The notes under the pieces were generated by a model. It made no database searches and was not told where the DNA came from. It worked only from the letters and a program-made list of their open reading frames with translations. 64,000 bases of DNA from Auanema rhodensis (taxonomy: Eukaryota; Animalia; Nematoda): contig OZ059896.1 in NCBI GenBank assembly GCA_964057225.1, forward strand, positions 18,724,001-18,788,000. The letters are read 5' to 3'. Shown piece by piece: positions 61,866 to 64,000 of the stretch. Numbering within the stretch: position 1 is the stretch's first letter; each line of letters opens with the position of its first letter. The position numbers and the translations under genes are program-made.

Positions 61866-62169
61866 TTATTTTTTGTTTCAAAACAATCATTACCTGATAG
61901 TTTACATGTTTTATTCTATATTATCTCATACAATTGAAAAAAATACTAGCAGTAAAACAAATGCAGTGTTAATATTCTCGAGAATGTTCCTATTCAGAGT
62001 GAGAAAATATCGAAAATTTCCCGAAGCTTTTCTCATAAGGTACTAAAATAAAAGTATTATTTCATATTATTATTTTTTCAGACCTAGAATCGATAAAAAA
62101 AATTAACTACATTTTAGTGAGTTACTGGGTTGGGTTATACAAATTGTCTAATTAGAATGCGATTTACAT

Positions 62170-62242
62170 GGCCTTGTGGCCTAATGGATAAGGCGTCGGA
62201 CTTCGGATCCGAAGATTTTAGGTTCGAGTCCTGTCAGGGTCG
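62170..62242 (+). tRNA. tRNA-Arg(TCG) C
   Basis: Class C. Confidence 0.8.
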
Positions 62243-62547
62243 TTATTTTTTGTTTTAAAAAAATCATTACCTGATAGTTTACATTTTTTATTCTGTATTA
62301 TCTCATACAATTGAAAAAAATACTAGCAGTAAAACAAATGCAGTGATAATATTCTCGAAAATGTTCCTATTCAGAGTGAGAAAGTATCAAAAATTGCCCG
62401 AAGGTTTTCTCATAAGGTACTAAAAGAAAAGTATTATTTCATATTATTATTTTTTCAGACCTAGAATCGATAAAAAAAAATCAACTACATTTTAGTGAGT
62501 TACTAGGTTGGGTTATACAAATTGTCTAATTTGAATGCGATTTAAAT

Positions 62548-62620
62548 GGCCTTGTGGCCTAATGGATAAGGCGTCGGACTTCGGATCCGAAGATTGTAGG
62601 TTCGAGTCCTGCCAGGGTCG
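62548..62620 (+). tRNA. tRNA-Arg(TCG) A
   Basis: As 314-386. Confidence 0.95.
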
Positions 62621-62924
62621 TTATTTTTTGTTTCAAAACAATCATTACCTGATAGTTTACATGTTTTATTCTATATTATCTCATACAATTGAAAAAAATA
62701 CTAGCAGTAAAACAAATGCAGTGTTAATATTCTCGAGAATGTTCCTATTCAGAGTGAGAAAATATCGAAAATTTCCCGAAGGTTTTCTCATAAGGTACTA
62801 AAATAAAAGTATTATTTCATATTATTATTTTTTCAGACCTAGAATCGATAAAAAAAATCAACTACATTTTAGTGAGTTACTAGGTTGGGTTATACAAATT
62901 GTCTAATTTGAATGCGATTTAAAT

Positions 62925-62997
62925 GGCCTTGTGGCCTAATGGATAAGGCGTCGGACTTCGGATCCGAAGATTGTAGGTTCGAGTCCTGCCAGGGTCG
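62925..62997 (+). tRNA. tRNA-Arg(TCG) A
   Basis: As 314-386. Confidence 0.95.
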
Positions 62998-63301
62998 TTA
63001 TTTTTTGTTTCAAAACAATCATTACCTGATAGTTTACATGTTTTATTCTATATTATCTCATACAATTGAAAAAAATACTAGCAGTAAAACAAATGCAGTG
63101 TTAATATTCTCGAGAATGTTCCTATTCAGAGTGAGAAAATATCGAAAATTTCCCGAAGCTTTTCTCATAAGGTACTAAAATAAAAGTATTATTTCATATT
63201 ATTATTTTTTCAGACCTAGAATCGATAAAAAAAATTAACTACATTTTAGTGAGTTACTGGGTTGGGTTATACAAATTGTCTAATTAGAATGCGATTTACA
63301 T

Positions 63302-63374
63302 GGCCTTGTGGCCTAATGGATAAGGCGTCGGACTTCGGATCCGAAGATTTTAGGTTCGAGTCCTGTCAGGGTCG
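63302..63374 (+). tRNA. tRNA-Arg(TCG) C
   Basis: Class C. Confidence 0.8.
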
Positions 63375-63679
63375 TTATTTTTTGTTTTAAAAAAATCATT
63401 ACCTGATAGTTTACATTTTTTATTCTGTATTATCTCATACAATTGAAAAAAATACTAGCAGTAAAACAAATGCAGTGATAATATTCTCGAAAATGTTCCT
63501 ATTCAGAGTGAGAAAGTATCAAAAATTGCCCGAAGGTTTTCTCATAAGGTACTAAAAGAAAAGTATTATTTCATATTATTATTTTTTCAGACCTAGAATC
63601 GATAAAAAAAAATCAACTACATTTTAGTGAGTTACTAGGTTGGGTTATACAAATTGCCTAATTTGAATGCGATTTAAAT

Positions 63680-63752
63680 GGCCTTGTGGCCTAATGGATA
63701 AGGCGTCGGACTTCGGATCCGAAGATTGTAGGTTCGAGTCCTGCCAGGGTCG
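63680..63752 (+). tRNA. tRNA-Arg(TCG) A
   Basis: As 314-386. Confidence 0.95.
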
Positions 63753-64000
63753 TTATTTTTTGTTTCAAAACAATCATTACCTGATAGTTTACATGTTTTA
63801 TTCTATATTATCTCATACAATTGAAAAAAATACTAGCAGTAAAACAAATGCAGTGTTAATATTCTCGAGAATGTTCCTATTCAGAGTGAGAAAATATCGA
63901 AAATTTCCCGAAGGTTTTCTCATAAGGTACTAAAATAAAAGTATTATTTCATATTATTATTTTTTCAGACCTAGAATCGATAAAAAAAATTAACTACATT

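Larger units (their letters stand above)
1..64000 (+). repeat. Tandem array of a 377/378-bp unit, each with one tRNA-Arg(TCG) gene (~170 units; extends beyond both window ends)
   Basis: Homologous positions recur every 377 or 378 bp (ATGCGATTT at 301, 678, 1055, 1432, 1809, 2187 ... 63667). Units differ only by a few SNPs and 1-bp indels. No insertion breaks the phase. Confidence 0.99.

Noticed and set aside
301-63933. Repeated 62-97 aa ORFs (MRFKWPCGLMDKASDFGSEDCRFESCQGR...) as a multicopy small-protein gene
   Set aside because: The conserved-looking part is simply the tRNA read in frame. About a quarter of units have a TAA just after the gene, others are frameshifted, the 97-aa forms start at TTG, and the variants show no synonymous bias.
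1-64000. CRISPR array or other repeat-spacer memory system
   Set aside because: The spacers are near-identical rather than unique, the conserved element is a 73-nt tRNA, and there are no cas genes.
1-64000. Whole array as an assembly artefact or synthetic concatemer
   Set aside because: Structured, hierarchical SNP haplotypes, conversion patches and private singletons fit natural array evolution. The exact copy number still needs read-depth confirmation.
1-64000. Methylation-driven CpG decay or RIP signature
   Set aside because: A few variants hit CpG (C72T, TATCG/TATCA), but most CpGs are intact and many variants are transversions or non-CpG changes, so no clear bias is visible by eye.

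Overview
The whole 64-kb window is one uninterrupted head-to-tail tandem array of a 377-bp (sometimes 378-bp) unit. Each unit carries a single intron-less eukaryotic tRNA-Arg(TCG) gene on the + strand: 73 nt, A and B boxes, no encoded CCA, and a T6 Pol III terminator, followed by an AT-rich spacer of about 304 bp. I count 169 complete genes plus a 3' fragment at 1-9, and the array runs off both ends of the window. The units fall into discrete gene alleles. Class A has a fully paired cloverleaf (about 83 copies). Class B carries C11T/G45T/A46G/C72T (41 copies). Classes C/D/E/G carry G49T with or without C65T/C11T, which opens the first T-stem pair (about 45 copies including one chimera). These alleles, together with spacer haplotypes, are arranged in nested higher-order repeats: a 4-mer of 1509 bp, a 7-mer of 2640 bp, a 14-mer of 5280 bp, and an ~11-kb block duplicated about 15 kb away. 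The locus is therefore a tRNA gene behaving as a satellite DNA with alpha-satellite-like higher-order structure. All ORFs in the track are spurious read-throughs of the tRNA. No protein-coding gene, mobile element or CRISPR array is supported. Counts were made by eye using the ORF-track offsets and may be off by a few. tRNA positions use standard numbering. Spacer-haplotype labels for class A genes: A1 = HindIII site present, A2 = no HindIII site, F, H, I.
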